Below, in pieces: positions 39,600 to 51,420 of a stretch of 64,000 nucleotides of DNA; positions within the stretch are counted from its first letter, which is position 1; every line of letters begins with the position of its first letter. Source of the DNA: Leucoraja ocellata (taxonomy: Eukaryota). The position numbers and the translations under genes were made by a program. Below the pieces are notes generated by a model. The model had not been told where the DNA came from, ran no database searches, and was given only the letters and a program-made list of their open reading frames with translations. The stretch spans positions 3,968,001 through 4,032,000 of the forward strand of contig JAWMAR010000143.1 of the NCBI GenBank assembly GCA_036785375.1, written 5' to 3'.

Positions 39600-40370
39600 G
39601 AAAGGGGGGGGGGGGGGGGAGGGGGTGCACCACTCGGTGAAAGTAAGTATGGAGCTGCAGCAGAAGATTAAAAAAAAGCAAATGGTGTATTTGCCTTCTT
39701 GATGAGAGGATTGAATCAAGGAGTGCAATTGTAATTAATGCAACTGTTATTATATCAAAAAAAGTAACATCCCGAGAAGACTGAACAGACTGATGCAGGA
39801 ATGTTGTTCCCAATAGTGGGGAAGACCAGAATCATGGCTCACAACTTAAGGATATGAGACAGCTATTTAAGATTGAGATGAGAAGTGATTTCACCATCCA
39901 AAGAGTGAAATACCTGTGAAATCCTCAACCAGGGATGGTGGTTAAGGCCAATTCAAAAATATTTTCGTGAAGGAGTTAGATATGGTTCTAATGGCATGTA
40001 GACAAAAAATGCTGGAGAAACTCAGCGGGTGAGGCAGCATCTATGGAGAGAAGGAATTGGGTTGAGACGTTTCGGGTCAAGACGTTTCGGGTCAGTCTGA
40101 ATAAGGGTCTTGACCCGAAACGTCACTAATTCCTTCTCTCCATAGATGCTGCCTCACCCGCTGAGTTTCTCCAGCATTTTTTGTCTACCTTTGATTTAAC
40201 CAGCATCTGCATTTCTTTCTTAAACAAATGATTCTAATGGCTATGAAGATAAAGGGATATAGGAAGATAACAGTAACCCAGAATTCTGGATGTATAGCCA
40301 TGATCACATTACATGACGGGGCAGGCTCAAAGGGTGGAATGGCCTACTCCTATTCCTATTTTGTATGTCA
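39600..40370 (+). mobile_element. Old CR1 3' fragment interrupted by a hairpin unit
   Basis: gatgcaggaatgttgttccca...accagaatcatggctcacaactta and the 3'UTR agccatgatc...gcaggctcaaagggtggaatggcctactcctattcctatttt. Confidence 0.7.
39996..40227 (+). mobile_element. Fold-back Penelope pLTR unit with 14-bp TSD
   Basis: Arms gtagacaaaaaatgctggagaaactcagcgggtgaggcagcatctatggagagaaggaatt and its reverse complement. TSD atggttctaatggc (39982-39995) / atgattctaatggc (40228-40241). Confidence 0.92.
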
Positions 40371-41328
40371 TGGTAAATGTGTTCATTAGTAGGCTTTATT
40401 ACATTTCATTTAAAAATGAACTCATAAAAATTGGATCCACAGTTTGACTGACAGCTATTGCATTGAATTGTCCCTGTTTAGGGGCTTGCTTGTGTTCTCT
40501 AACAATGACAGCTTTTTGGTTAAATTTTGCTATTGTTTATGTCTAAACAGGCACTCTGTTACTGTGCATTGATTAGGGTGTCAGCCTTATTGATGTGGCC
40601 AAAATCCAAGCGAAAATGTTTCAGAAAGATCAGTCACTCGAGGGAAATAGATTTTAAATAATAATGTAATAAAAAATACACCTATGGATGGGTAAAAAAT
40701 ACTTGTCTTGCCGACAATCCCTACATTCCATTGATAAGTACAAAGAAGCTCCGGTACTCAGGCAGTTATCACAAAGCAGCAACTGCAAACACTCAGTCCA
40801 GTGGTAAGATAGTATTGTCAAAAGTCATAATTTTGTGTGATTTAATGTTTGCAGTGCACTGAGATTTTGATTCCTAGTGCAACAAGTTATACATTTTGAC
40901 TGGATTTTGAAAAAAGCGTTTACATTTTTAGTAATAGCAGATAAATACTTCATTCATTTGCATAGCTGTGAAGTCTAGGACAACCAAAATTCTCAGACCT
41001 GGGGTTCATTTTTATTCTGCAAGTGTATTAGACCACTGAGCAAGGTAGGCAGAAGGTGAAATATTGATCAGCCATGATCGAGCTGATTGGCAGAGCCACA
41101 TCAGGGGCCTGAATACATACTTTTATTACTAATTAGGGCTAATTAGACATCAGACTGACTTCTTGACAAAACCCCAAAATATGCCTGTGGGTGCAGATAC
41201 AAAATATTGAAGACTTGGCTGGATGCAGCAAAAGTAATTCCTTGCAAATAAAGGACATTTACTTAAAACATTCAATGGTACTTACCTGTGGGCTTTCCAA
41301 ACACCTAATAAAGATACTTAGTATCAAT

Positions 41329-41555
41329 AGACACAAAATGCTGGAGTAACTCAGTGGGACAGGCAGCCTCTCTGGAGAGAAGGAATGGGTGACATTTCGG
41401 GTCGAGACTCCTTCTTCAGAAGGTCTGAAAAACAGGTCTCTACCCGAAATGTCACCCATTCCTTCTCTCCAGAGATGCTGCTTGTCCTGCTGAGTTACTC
41501 CAGTATTTTGTGTCTTATCTTTGGGTTAAACCAGCATCTGCAGTTCCTTCTTACC
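41329..41555 (+). mobile_element. Fold-back Penelope pLTR unit
   Basis: Inverted arms of about 90 bp meeting at cttcttcagaaggtctgaaaaa. Flanks tacttagtatcaat (41315-41328) and tacattgtatcaat (41556-41569), 12/14 identical. Confidence 0.9.
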
Positions 41556-41683
41556 TACATTGTATCAATGTCCATTTAACCACTTACACGTCATCATTAT
41601 ATGTTTTCACTTTTGCACCTTGATGTGTCAGACATCGCAAATATGTATAACACTATAGGAAAAGTGCATAAACAAAGTATTTT

Positions 41684-42537
41684 CAACCAGGGCATCGGAG
41701 ATGTCCCCATTCTTTAGGGAACGACTATAGACTACAGATGAGGCTCTCACCAGGGTCTCCTGTATATCCCGTAGCTCCACTCTCACTCCCCATCCCCCCC
41801 CATATGTAACAAGGACAGAGTCTCCCTTGTCCTCACCTTCCACCCTACCAGCCGTCACATACAACAGATAATCCTCCGGCACTTTCGCCACCTCCAACCA
41901 GATCCCACCGCTGGCCACATCTTCCCATATGCTCCCCTTTCGGCTTTCCACAGAGACTGTTCCTCCGTAACTCCCTGGTCAATTCGACCCTTCCCACCCA
42001 AACCACCTCCTCCCCTGGTACTTTCTCTTGCAACCGCAGGAAATGCTACACTTGTCGCTTTACCTCCCCCCTCGACTCCATCCAAGAACTCAAGCAGTCT
42101 TTCCAGATGATGTCGAGGTTCACCTGTACCTCCTCCAACCTCATCTATTACATCTACTGTACCAGGTGTCAACTGCTCTACATCGGTGAGGCCAAGCGCA
42201 GGTTTGGCGATCGCATCGCCGAACATCTCCACTCAGTTCGCAATAATCAACCTGACATCCGGTGGCTCAACTCTTCAACTCCCCCTCTCATACCGAATCC
42301 GACCTTTCTGTCCTGGGCCTCCTTCATGGCCAAAGTGAGTCCCACCGCAAATTGGAGGAGCAGCACCTCATATTTTGCTTGGGTAGTTTACACCCCAGCG
42401 GTATGAACATTGACTTCTCCAATATTCAGGGAGTCCTTGCTTTCTCCCTCCTTCCCCTCCCTTTCCCAGTTCTCCCTCAGCCTACTATCTCCGCCTCTCC
42501 CCCCCCCTCCCCCACCTCGGCCTGAAGAAAGGTCTTA
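41684..42537 (+). mobile_element. Penelope-like element fragment (Cys knuckle and GIY-YIG), ending inside the pLTR hammerhead
   Basis: CNRRKCYTC; NLIYYIYCTRCQLLYIGEAKRRFGDRIAEHL; EEQHLIFCLGSLHPSGMNIDFSN; terminates at ctgaagaaaggtctt. Confidence 0.9.
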
Positions 42538-44330
42538 GAGCCTGATTCTTAGAGCCCGGCAACCTGAGAAGGGCGACTTTCCCTACTTATTGCTTTCTTT
42601 CTGTGGACCAACTCTCAATCCACACTAGTATATTACCTTCAATTCCACGTTCGAACAGACTTGATTAGACTTGCAAAGACTACTGAAAATCACTATACAG
42701 GCATGTCACATCCACTGGTTCCCCTCATCTACTCTACAAAATGTATTCTCAAGATTACTCAAACATGATTTGCCTTTCATAAATCATATTATTATCTTTT
42801 AAGCCTATTGATTTTATATCTTTTTTTATGAATATCAGCATTTTCCCTGATGTCAGTCTCATTCTTTCTTTCAGTTTTTTCCGCCTCGCTCTTATGCCCA
42901 GGTAATATTCTGTACCCGAGTTTTCCTGGAAACATTCCGCCCACCGTGTTGGGAAGTGGACAATCCTTGAGACTTGAACTGATTGTGAGTGTGATCTAAG
43001 CACACGGCCACATCAGCCACTCGTAATGACTTTTGCAGTGGTTCGACATTTCTATCATAATTGTAATTGAGTGGCAGAACTTTTGGAAACCATTAATATT
43101 CAGTCCTTTCAATTTTAATTGTTTCAATTTAAACCCATTAGAAATTACACAGATCTCTGGAACATTGACTGATGAACAATATAAACTGTTGTTTTACTCA
43201 GCATAGCAATGCAAGATCAGGATTCAAGATTAAAACAGTGTTTTATCATCGTATTCAATGGATGATTGTTTTGCATTACATGAGCTGAATACCTTTGAAA
43301 TGACACACACATGCAGGCCGTTATTAAATGCTTAGTCAGCACTTTTGGTGAGGATGAGATTACATTGCTTTTTGAATAGCAGTAGAAGAACTAAATCTGC
43401 ATCTTAAACTGCAAAATTTCCACTCACGTTTCACCTTGAATACTGAGGAAGGACAGCCAGAAGATTTTTAAGATGGGTTTCTTGAAAGATCCTTTGCAGT
43501 AATGTGATGGTGTAATATTGTACAGTTTGAAAAGGAAGCTAAGATTGTTAAGGGAGTATTCCTGATTTGTAAGATGCTATTAGTAAATTGCTTCCAAACG
43601 CACAATTTTCTGAAGTGCATACATAATTGTTTTACATGGAGACAATTTGGAACCAAGATAAATGCAGCCCCAATTTCATTCATTTTTTTAGTCAAAACCA
43701 CAAAGATGCTTTAACCATGCCTTTACCATTATATATTAATCATATAATATTCACATATATATTCTTACTCTAATTACCACATACCATTCTTCAATAGGCC
43801 CCACAAATGTCTTGCATTGTTGACTTTATACCAACCATATACTTATTTGTATTATTTTTTTAAATAGCCAAGTAATCATTTAAATATTTTATGAATGTTA
43901 GATATCCCTTGTTTCAATTCAATGCGATCTGAATTTTACAGGTAGCTGTTGCATCTGTATAATCCACAAAAAGTTCATCAACTTTATATGTGGTACATTT
44001 CGTCCTCTTTGGTCACCTGCTATGGCTATGCACTTTGTTAATGCCAACTTGTTATTTTTTTCCTTTTCCAGTCTTATCCTGTGTGATATTGCCCAAGTAT
44101 TTTCAACTAATGTTAGGAATTTAAACCAGGTTAGAAGATGTTGGCCTTTAAAGAAGTACTTTAAAAATAATCAATTTAATGTACTTCCATAAAAATGGGT
44201 CGTAAGGGTCTCGATTTATTCCCTAATTTGAAGGTCATTACCCCTCACCACTGCACTTTGAATGTATGCAGAAAAACTTGCAAGAATGGGGAAAACAAAT
44301 GGAATATCCGTGATAGAGTGAGACCAAATG

Positions 44331-44614
44331 AGTTTAGTTTAGGAATACAGCCCCTCAGTCCACTGAGTCCACATTGACCACTAATCACCCATACACTAGT
44401 TCTACGTTATCCCACTTTTGTATCCTACACTAGTGGAAATTTACAGAAGCCAATTAGCCTATAAACCTGCACATTGTGTGGGTGGAAACTGGAGAACCCA
44501 GAGAAAACCCACGCTTTCACAGGGTGAATGTAAAAACTTTGCACAGACAGAAAGGATCAAAACTAGATCTTTGGTGCTGTGAGGCAGCAACTCTACTGCT
44601 GTGCCACTGTGCTG
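44331..44614 (-). mobile_element. HE1-type tRNA SINE
   Basis: (agttt)n tail, gaagccaattagcctataaacctgcac, gaaactggagaacccagagaaaacccac, and head gctgtgaggcagcaactctactgctgtgccac. Confidence 0.85.
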
Positions 44615-45191
44615 TTAATGTAAGTTAGAATCTCATTATCCATATTTGTCTATGTGATGTGTTGTTTATAGCAATGCAGTAGGACATGCTCAACCGGCCA
44701 GATTATACTAATATAAAAAGGAAAAACTGTGCCAAGATGATTACAGGTACAGTTGGATCATTTCGTTCCTGTCACTTTATCAATCATATACAAATTCAGG
44801 CAAATTAATTATCTGAATTGTTGTTTCTTCTCTGACGTTATTTAATTGCCCTTTTATAGAACAGTACATGATCAGAACCTTCCAACCACAATGTCTGTGC
44901 CATTGTTGGATTTATTCCTTTATTTCCATATATAATATATACAGTGCCCTCCATAATATTTGGGACAAAGACCCATCATTTACTTATTTGCCTCTGTAAT
45001 CCACAATTTGAGACTTGTATTGGAAAAAATCACGGGTTAAAGTGCACATTGTCAGATTTTAATAAAGGCTGTATTTATACATTTTGGTTTCACTATGTAG
45101 AACTTACAGCAGTGTTTATACACAGTCCCCCATTTTAGGGCACCATAATGTTTGGGACACAACAATGTAATGTAAATGAAAGTAGTCATGA

Positions 45192-46189
45192 TTAGTATTT
45201 TGTTGCATATACTTTGCATGCAATGACTGCTTGAAGTCTGCGATTCATGTACATCATCAGTTGCTGGGTGTCTTCTCTGGTTATGCTTTGCCAGGCCTGT
45301 ATTACAGCCATCTTTAGCTTATGCTTGTTTCTGGGGCCTAGTCTTCTTCCGTTTTCTCTTTGGGTGATTGACTTGGAATTGGGTGATTGACTTGGAATCT
45401 GAGGAATTAACCATTTTTTAGCTTTGAAAAACCCATTTGTTGCTTTAGCAGTATGTTTGGTATCATTGTCTTGCTGTAAAATGAACCGCCAGCCAATGAG
45501 TTTTGAGGCATTTGTTTGAACTTGAGCAAATAGAATGTGTCTATACACTTCAGAATTCATTATGCTACTAACACCACCTGTTATATCATCAATGAAGACA
45601 AGTAAGCAAGTAACTTCAGCAACCATACATGCCCAGGCCATAACACCCCCACCACCGTGTTTCACAGATGAGGTGGTATGCTTTGGATCTTGGGCAGTTC
45701 CTTCTCTCCTCCATACTTTGCTCTTGCCATCACTCTGATATAAGTTAATCTTCCTCTCATCTGTCCACAAGACCTTTTTCCAGAACTGTGGTTGCTCTTT
45801 GAAGTACTTCTTGGCAAACTGTAACCTGGCCATCCTATTTTTGTGGCTAACCAGTGGTTTGCATCTTGCAGTGTAGCCTCTGTATTTCATGAAGTCTTCT
45901 GCGGACAGTGGCCATTGACAAATCCATAACTGATTCCTGAAGAATGTTTCTGATCCGTCGGACAGGTGTTTGGGGATTTTTCTTTATTATAGAGAGAATT
46001 CTTCTGTCATCGGCTGTGCACGTCTTCCTTCACGATTAGTAAGCCCACCAGTGCTCTCTTTTTTCTTAGTGATGTTCCAAACAGTTGCTTTTGGTAAGCC
46101 TAAGGTTTGGCTGATGTCTCTAACAGTTTTATTCTTGTTTCTCAGTCTCATAATGGCTTCTTTGACATTGGAACAACTTTGGTCCTCAT
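45192..46189 (-). pseudogene. Tc1 transposase pseudogene
   Basis: Likely ATG at 46189. N-terminal HTH (KEAIMRLRNKNKTVRDISQTLGLPKATVWNI) is frameshifted from ORF 45192..45890, which carries VLWTDE, KHGGGGVMAW and LQQDNDTKH. The third catalytic (SPDLNPIE) region is destroyed. Confidence 0.92.
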
Positions 46190-46395
46190 GTTGATAAACA
46201 GCAATAAAAGTTTCCAGAGGTGATCGAAAGATTGGAGGAAAGACTAGGTGCTGAGAGCTCTCTTATACCTGCATTAAGGAGGCAATTAAACACGCCAGAG
46301 CAATTACAAACACTTGTGAAGCCATGTGTCCCAAACTTTATGGTGCCCTGAAATGGGGGGATTATGTATAAACACAGCTGTAATTTCTACATGGT

Positions 46396-46709
46396 TTAGT
46401 TTAATTTAGAGACGCATCGTGGAAACAAGCCATTTGGCCCACCAGGTCCACACCGACCAGTGATCCCCGAACATCAACACTATCCTACACTCACTAGGGA
46501 CAATTTTTTTTAACATTTACCAAGCCAATTAACCTACAAACCTGTATGTCTTTGGAGTGTGGGAGGAAATCGAAGATCTCGGAGAAAACCCACGCAGGTC
46601 ACGGGGAGAATGTACAACTCCGTACAGACAGCATCCTTAGACGGGATCGAACCCAGGTCTCCAGCGCTGCCTTCGCTGTAAGACAGCAACTCTTCCGCTG
46701 CCACCCAAA
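46396..46709 (-). mobile_element. HE1-type tRNA SINE inserted in the Tc1 right TIR
   Basis: Minus-strand head ggtggcagcggaagagttgctg...GGTTCGATCC (B box); CR1-like tail aatggcttgtttccacgatgcgtctctaaattaaactaa. Confidence 0.92.
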
Positions 46710-48594
46710 TGAAACCAACATGTGTCAAAATGGCCTTTATTAAAATCTGACAATGTGCAATTTAACCACATGTGATTTTTTCTATTGCAAATCTCAAATT
46801 GTGGAGTACAGAGGCAAATAAATAAATGATGGGTCTTTGTCCCAAAGATTATGGAGGGCAATGTTTCATCCTTCCAGTCCCCTGTCACCACTCACACCCA
46901 TGCTCCTTCTCCTTCTCAATGATTTGGACCATGTATCTTTGAGTATTGCCAAATAGCTTCAGCATCAACTTTTATCCATTCAATATTGTTATAAATTAAT
47001 CTCATCCTTTACAGCCACATTGGTATCACCCTCTTCTCTAACAAAGATAGGTCGGTGCAAAGTATTCATTTCGTATCACAACCATACAGTCTGTCTCCAG
47101 AACGTTTCTTGTTTATTGTCTCATTCTTTGTATATATTTATAAATGGTTTTTTTTGTTTCTCTTTGACGTTAGCTACTAATATATTTACATATTCATTTT
47201 TTTAAGTATTTACCCATTCTTTATGTAAGATCTTCGTTCTAGTATTTGTATTCATTTTGATTTTTGCCACGATTCTCCTTGCTTTATTTTAATCTCTTAA
47301 GTCTTTAGCCATCCAGAGAATTTGAGCTTTAAATGCATTTGCTTTTCCCCTTGAATTTCCTCCATCTCTATTTTGCCATTTTGAAGGGTTCTTGTTGATC
47401 AATCGCTGTATTGCTTTTCTGTTTTGGTTTCAATACTTCTTGGGAAGTTCCCCTTTTAACTCATTGATATAAGTCTACCTACTGTGTTATTGGAGCCGAC
47501 CTTGGGATAGACCACAGTTGACCTGCATGTGCACAGTTTAGCCTAATCTCACATATCACTGACTTGACTGTGCTCAGCATGACAGCATGCTCAGATAGAG
47601 TTACCTCGTGGTGTCTCGTGGGGATTGCTGCACTCCTTCTAGAGGAAATCAACTTCAGAAGAAAAGGATTACCACCATAGCTCTTGAGTCTTTTTGTATC
47701 TCTTGCACTATTTTGTGGATTGCCCATGCAATCCTTTATCCTGTATTTGTATTGATCAACCCACAACACTAGTATTTGGTTATGCTGCAAGCAGTCTTTG
47801 CTAAACACATTTTTTTTTGTTTCCTTAAAAGGGTCTCACCTCCACTTTTAGATATTTCACAAGGTGCCAAAATAAATAGATGTGGCCCGTTAGTCTCTGC
47901 CTATTGTATCTTTAATGCAAAATCACACTATTTGAACAGTAAATATGCTGCAGTGGATACATATTTTGGTCATGCTGTCTCCGTGCACTGTAATTAGTGT
48001 GTGATGATCCTGTCATTGCTCAGTTACTTAATATAATGAATGCAATTTCATCAAGTGAGAACCTCTAGTTGTTAGGAGGTAACACAATCAGTTTATATTT
48101 TGCTAGTGTGTTGGAGAGAATTGTACATCGTCAATGGGAGGTATTGTACACAGGCAGGCAAGCAGATATTTTCTCATGTGTCTCCTGTGATTTCAGCTGA
48201 ACTGTGCAAAGGAAGTCTATACTCAGAAAATTATGTTTCATATTACTTTGGCAATTGTGATTTGGACTAATTTGTAATTTAGTTTAGAAGGCAATTCCAA
48301 TCACATTTCTCACTCTTATCAATTGTGGTTTTAGCAGTAATTGTACCTGAACGTAGTACAAGAGGTATGGCTTTAGAATTCCGAGGGGTTGGAGCCATTT
48401 CTTAGTCTAATGGGACCTGCCACTGAGCAGGCTTCACCCCAACAGACCGTGACACTATCGCTGCATGGAGGAGGGGTGGGGGGCTGCTGAAGCTATAGGG
48501 AGAGTTTCATCTTGTTGAGGAGGAAGATAGGAATTGAAATGAGAATTTAGGAAGAAGAGAAACAAAATGTAAAGCAAATTAGAACAGTAGTTGT

Positions 48595-48735
48595 AAACAT
48601 AGAAACATAGAAAATAGGTGCAGGAGGAGGCCATTCGACCCTTCGAGCAAGCACCACCATTCATTGTGATCATGGCTCATCGTCCCCAATCAACAACCCG
48701 TGCCTGCATTCTCCCCAAAACCCTACATTCCAAGC
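48595..48735 (-). mobile_element. CR1 3' terminal fragment
   Basis: (aaacatag)n tail and aataggtgcaggaggaggccattcgacccttcgagc...gatcatggct. Confidence 0.85.
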
Positions 48736-49458
48736 AATCAGAAAAAGGTTAGGATGTCAATACTAAGAGTGCTCTATCTGAATGCTCATGTTATTCACAA
48801 CAAGGTAAATTAAAGGCACACATAGTTGATCTAATTACCATTGCATAAATAAAACGTGCAATTGTTAGATACATTTTACAAGTCAAGCAGCATCTGTAGA
48901 AAAATAAACAAAGCTAACATTTCATGTTAAATATCCCTTGCCTACCCTGGGAAAGAGATATAAAAGAGATTGCTAAAACTTTTATGAACACATAAAAATT
49001 GAAAAGACAGCAATGGTTAATGTGGGTCCCATACAGACAGAGTCAGGAACATTTGTTGAATGGAAATAGCAAAGGATTTAAACCATTACTGCCAGCTACC
49101 GTTGTAGAAGAGATCACCTAAAATATGCTGTATATATTACAGAATCAAGGATCTAATGAAAAGAAAGTGAAGGAACCAAGTATTAGTCATAAAGTTGTAC
49201 TAGAGAAGTTTGTGAATTTAAAAGCTGACAAATCCAAAGAAACTGATGATTTCCATTCCAGAAAAGGGTGGCTTTAGAACTAGTGAATGGTCTTACTATC
49301 TTCCAAAGTTCCATCGACTCTGGAATTGTTCCTGTGAGATGGAGTAGCTAATGTATCCCCATCATTTAACAAAAGAGGCAGAGACTGCAGGGAACACGGA
49401 CATGTTAGCATAATGTCAATAGCAGGGAAAGTGTTAAAATCACTAACAAAGAATGTAA

Positions 49459-49616
49459 GGTAGGCAAAAATGCTAGAGAAACTCAGCGGGTGAGGCAGCA
49501 TCTATGGAGCGAAGGAAATAGGCAACGTTTCGGTTCGAGACCCTTCTTCAGTCTGAGTTTCTCCAGCATTTTTGTCTACCTTCAATTTTCCAGCATCTGC
49601 AGTTCCTTCTTAAATG
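49459..49616 (+). mobile_element. Partly collapsed fold-back pLTR unit with 10-bp TSD
   Basis: Left arm runs to cccttcttcagt (intact hammerhead core on the - strand), then jumps to ctgagtttctccagc and the tail. TSD aagaatgtaa at 49449-49458 and 49617-49626. Confidence 0.9.
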
Positions 49617-49686
49617 AAGAATGTAATAAAGGAACACTTCGAAAAGAAAAAAATGGTTTGAGCAGAGCCAACAAAGATTTAAGAAA

Positions 49687-50760
49687 GATAGACAAAAAAG
49701 GCTGGAGTAACTCAGCGGATCAGACAGCATCTCTGGAGAAAAACAATAGGTGACGTTTTGGGTCGACACTCCTCCTCAGACTACATCTCCTTCCACACTT
49801 CCTTACTCCCCCTTACTATCACATTCTCTATCCTCCGCATCTGCTCCCAAGATGAGGCTTTCCGCTTGGGAACATATGAAATGTCTTCTTTCATCAGTAA
49901 ACGTGGTTTTCCCCTTGCTGTCATAGATGGATCCCTCGCCTGTGTCTCCTCTGTGAACGGTAGTTCTGCTTTCGTTCCCTCTCCCCTCTGACATAACAAG
50001 AATAGAGTTCCCCTGGTCCGCACCTTCCCTAACCTCACCTGCTGAATTTGGTGCCTCCGATGTGGCCTCCTTTACATCAACGAGTCCAAACGTAGATTAG
50101 GCGACCGTTTCTCCGAACACTTGCACTCAGTCCACCGAGGCCTGCTGCATCTCCTCGTTGCTAATCATGCAACTCCTCTTCCCATACTGATCTTTCTGTC
50201 CTGGGCCATCCCCAGTCCGTGTGGAGCCACATGCAAACTGGAAGAACAGAACCTCATTTTCTGCTTGGGTAGGTTACACACCAGCAGAATGGACATTAAA
50301 TTCTCCAATTTTAAGATAACCCCCCCCCCCCCCCCTTCTTCTCTCTCATTTCTGTGCACCCCCACCCTGATGAGCACCCATTTCTCCCATTATCCTGGCA
50401 CAGTTTTCCTCCCAACTTCACCCTCTTCACTCCTCTGCCCCTTCCACCTAAATCCCTCCCTCTGGCTTGACATTTCACCCCTCTTCTCTCCTTATCTGAC
50501 ACACTATTGTATCCTTTTCATCTCTCTGGCATTTGCCTGTCCATCTGCCAATCAAACCCCACTCACCTGTATCTACCTATCACTTGCCAGGCTTGGCTCC
50601 ACCTCTACCTCTTTTCCAGCTTTCTACTCCTTACAACAACCAGTCTGAAAAAGTGTTCTGTCCCAAAACATTGCCTATCCATTCACCCCACAGATGCTGC
50701 TTGACCGCTGTTACTCCAGTTCTAATCAAGATTCCAGCATCTGCAATTCCTTTTGTCTGC
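49687..50760 (+). mobile_element. Penelope element: inverted 5' pLTR, internally deleted body and 3' pLTR
   Basis: Inverted pLTR 49687-49782 is fused to DYISFH...LRICSQDE (RT thumb), a GIY-YIG remnant, CKLEEQNLIFCLG...DIKFSNF and a 3' pLTR (ctgaaaaag...ccagcatctgcaattcc). Confidence 0.85.
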
Positions 50761-51204
50761 ACGAATAAGTTGTTTATTCTGTCTGTAGCATGTTACAGCA
50801 GGGATCAGTATTTTGCCCTCAGCTTTTCACAATGTACATCAACAATTTGGCAGAGGGAATGAAATATCACATTCCCAAGCTCACTGACGATACTAAACCA
50901 GGCAGGACTGTAAGAATGGAAGGGGGAATAAGGGGCCTCTGTCACACAGAGAAACTGAGTGAGAACATGGCAGATTGAATATAATGCAGAAAATGTGGGG
51001 TCATTCACTTTGGTGCACGTTATGAAAAAGCAGAGTGTTTGTTAAATGGTGAGAGATTGGTCCATGACTGTTCACTGGAACCTGGATGTGCTTGTACACA
51101 AGTCACTGAAGGCGAATAAGCAGGCGTAGAATAGGAATGCAAATAGTATTACTTATTGTGAGAGGATTTGAATACGGAAGTAAGGAAGTCTCATTGAATT
51201 TATG

Positions 51205-51420
51205 GAGTCACAAGAAACTACAAATGCTGGACTTTTGAACAAAAGAACAGTACTGGAAGAACTCGTTGGGTTAAGTGGCATCTGTGGATGGAATGGACAG
51301 ATGATGTTTTGGGTGAGGACTGGAGGAGGTTGGGGGGGGGGGGGGATTCTAGAATAGAGAGATGGAGGTGGGAAAAGCCTGACAAGAAATGGTTGGATAC
51401 ATTTACCTAAGGAAGGATGT
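51205..51420 (-). mobile_element. Old pLTR remnant
   Basis: cacaagaaactacaaatgctgga...gcatctgtggatggaatggacagatgatgttttgggt. Confidence 0.6.

Larger units (their letters stand above)
44942..46863 (-). mobile_element. Tc1/mariner IR/DR-type DNA transposon, full length but inactive
   Basis: Left end TA|cagtgccctccataa and right end ttatggagggcaatg. TIRs of about 220 bp with inner and outer direct repeats (ccataat.tttgggaca). Transposase on the - strand. Confidence 0.95.
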
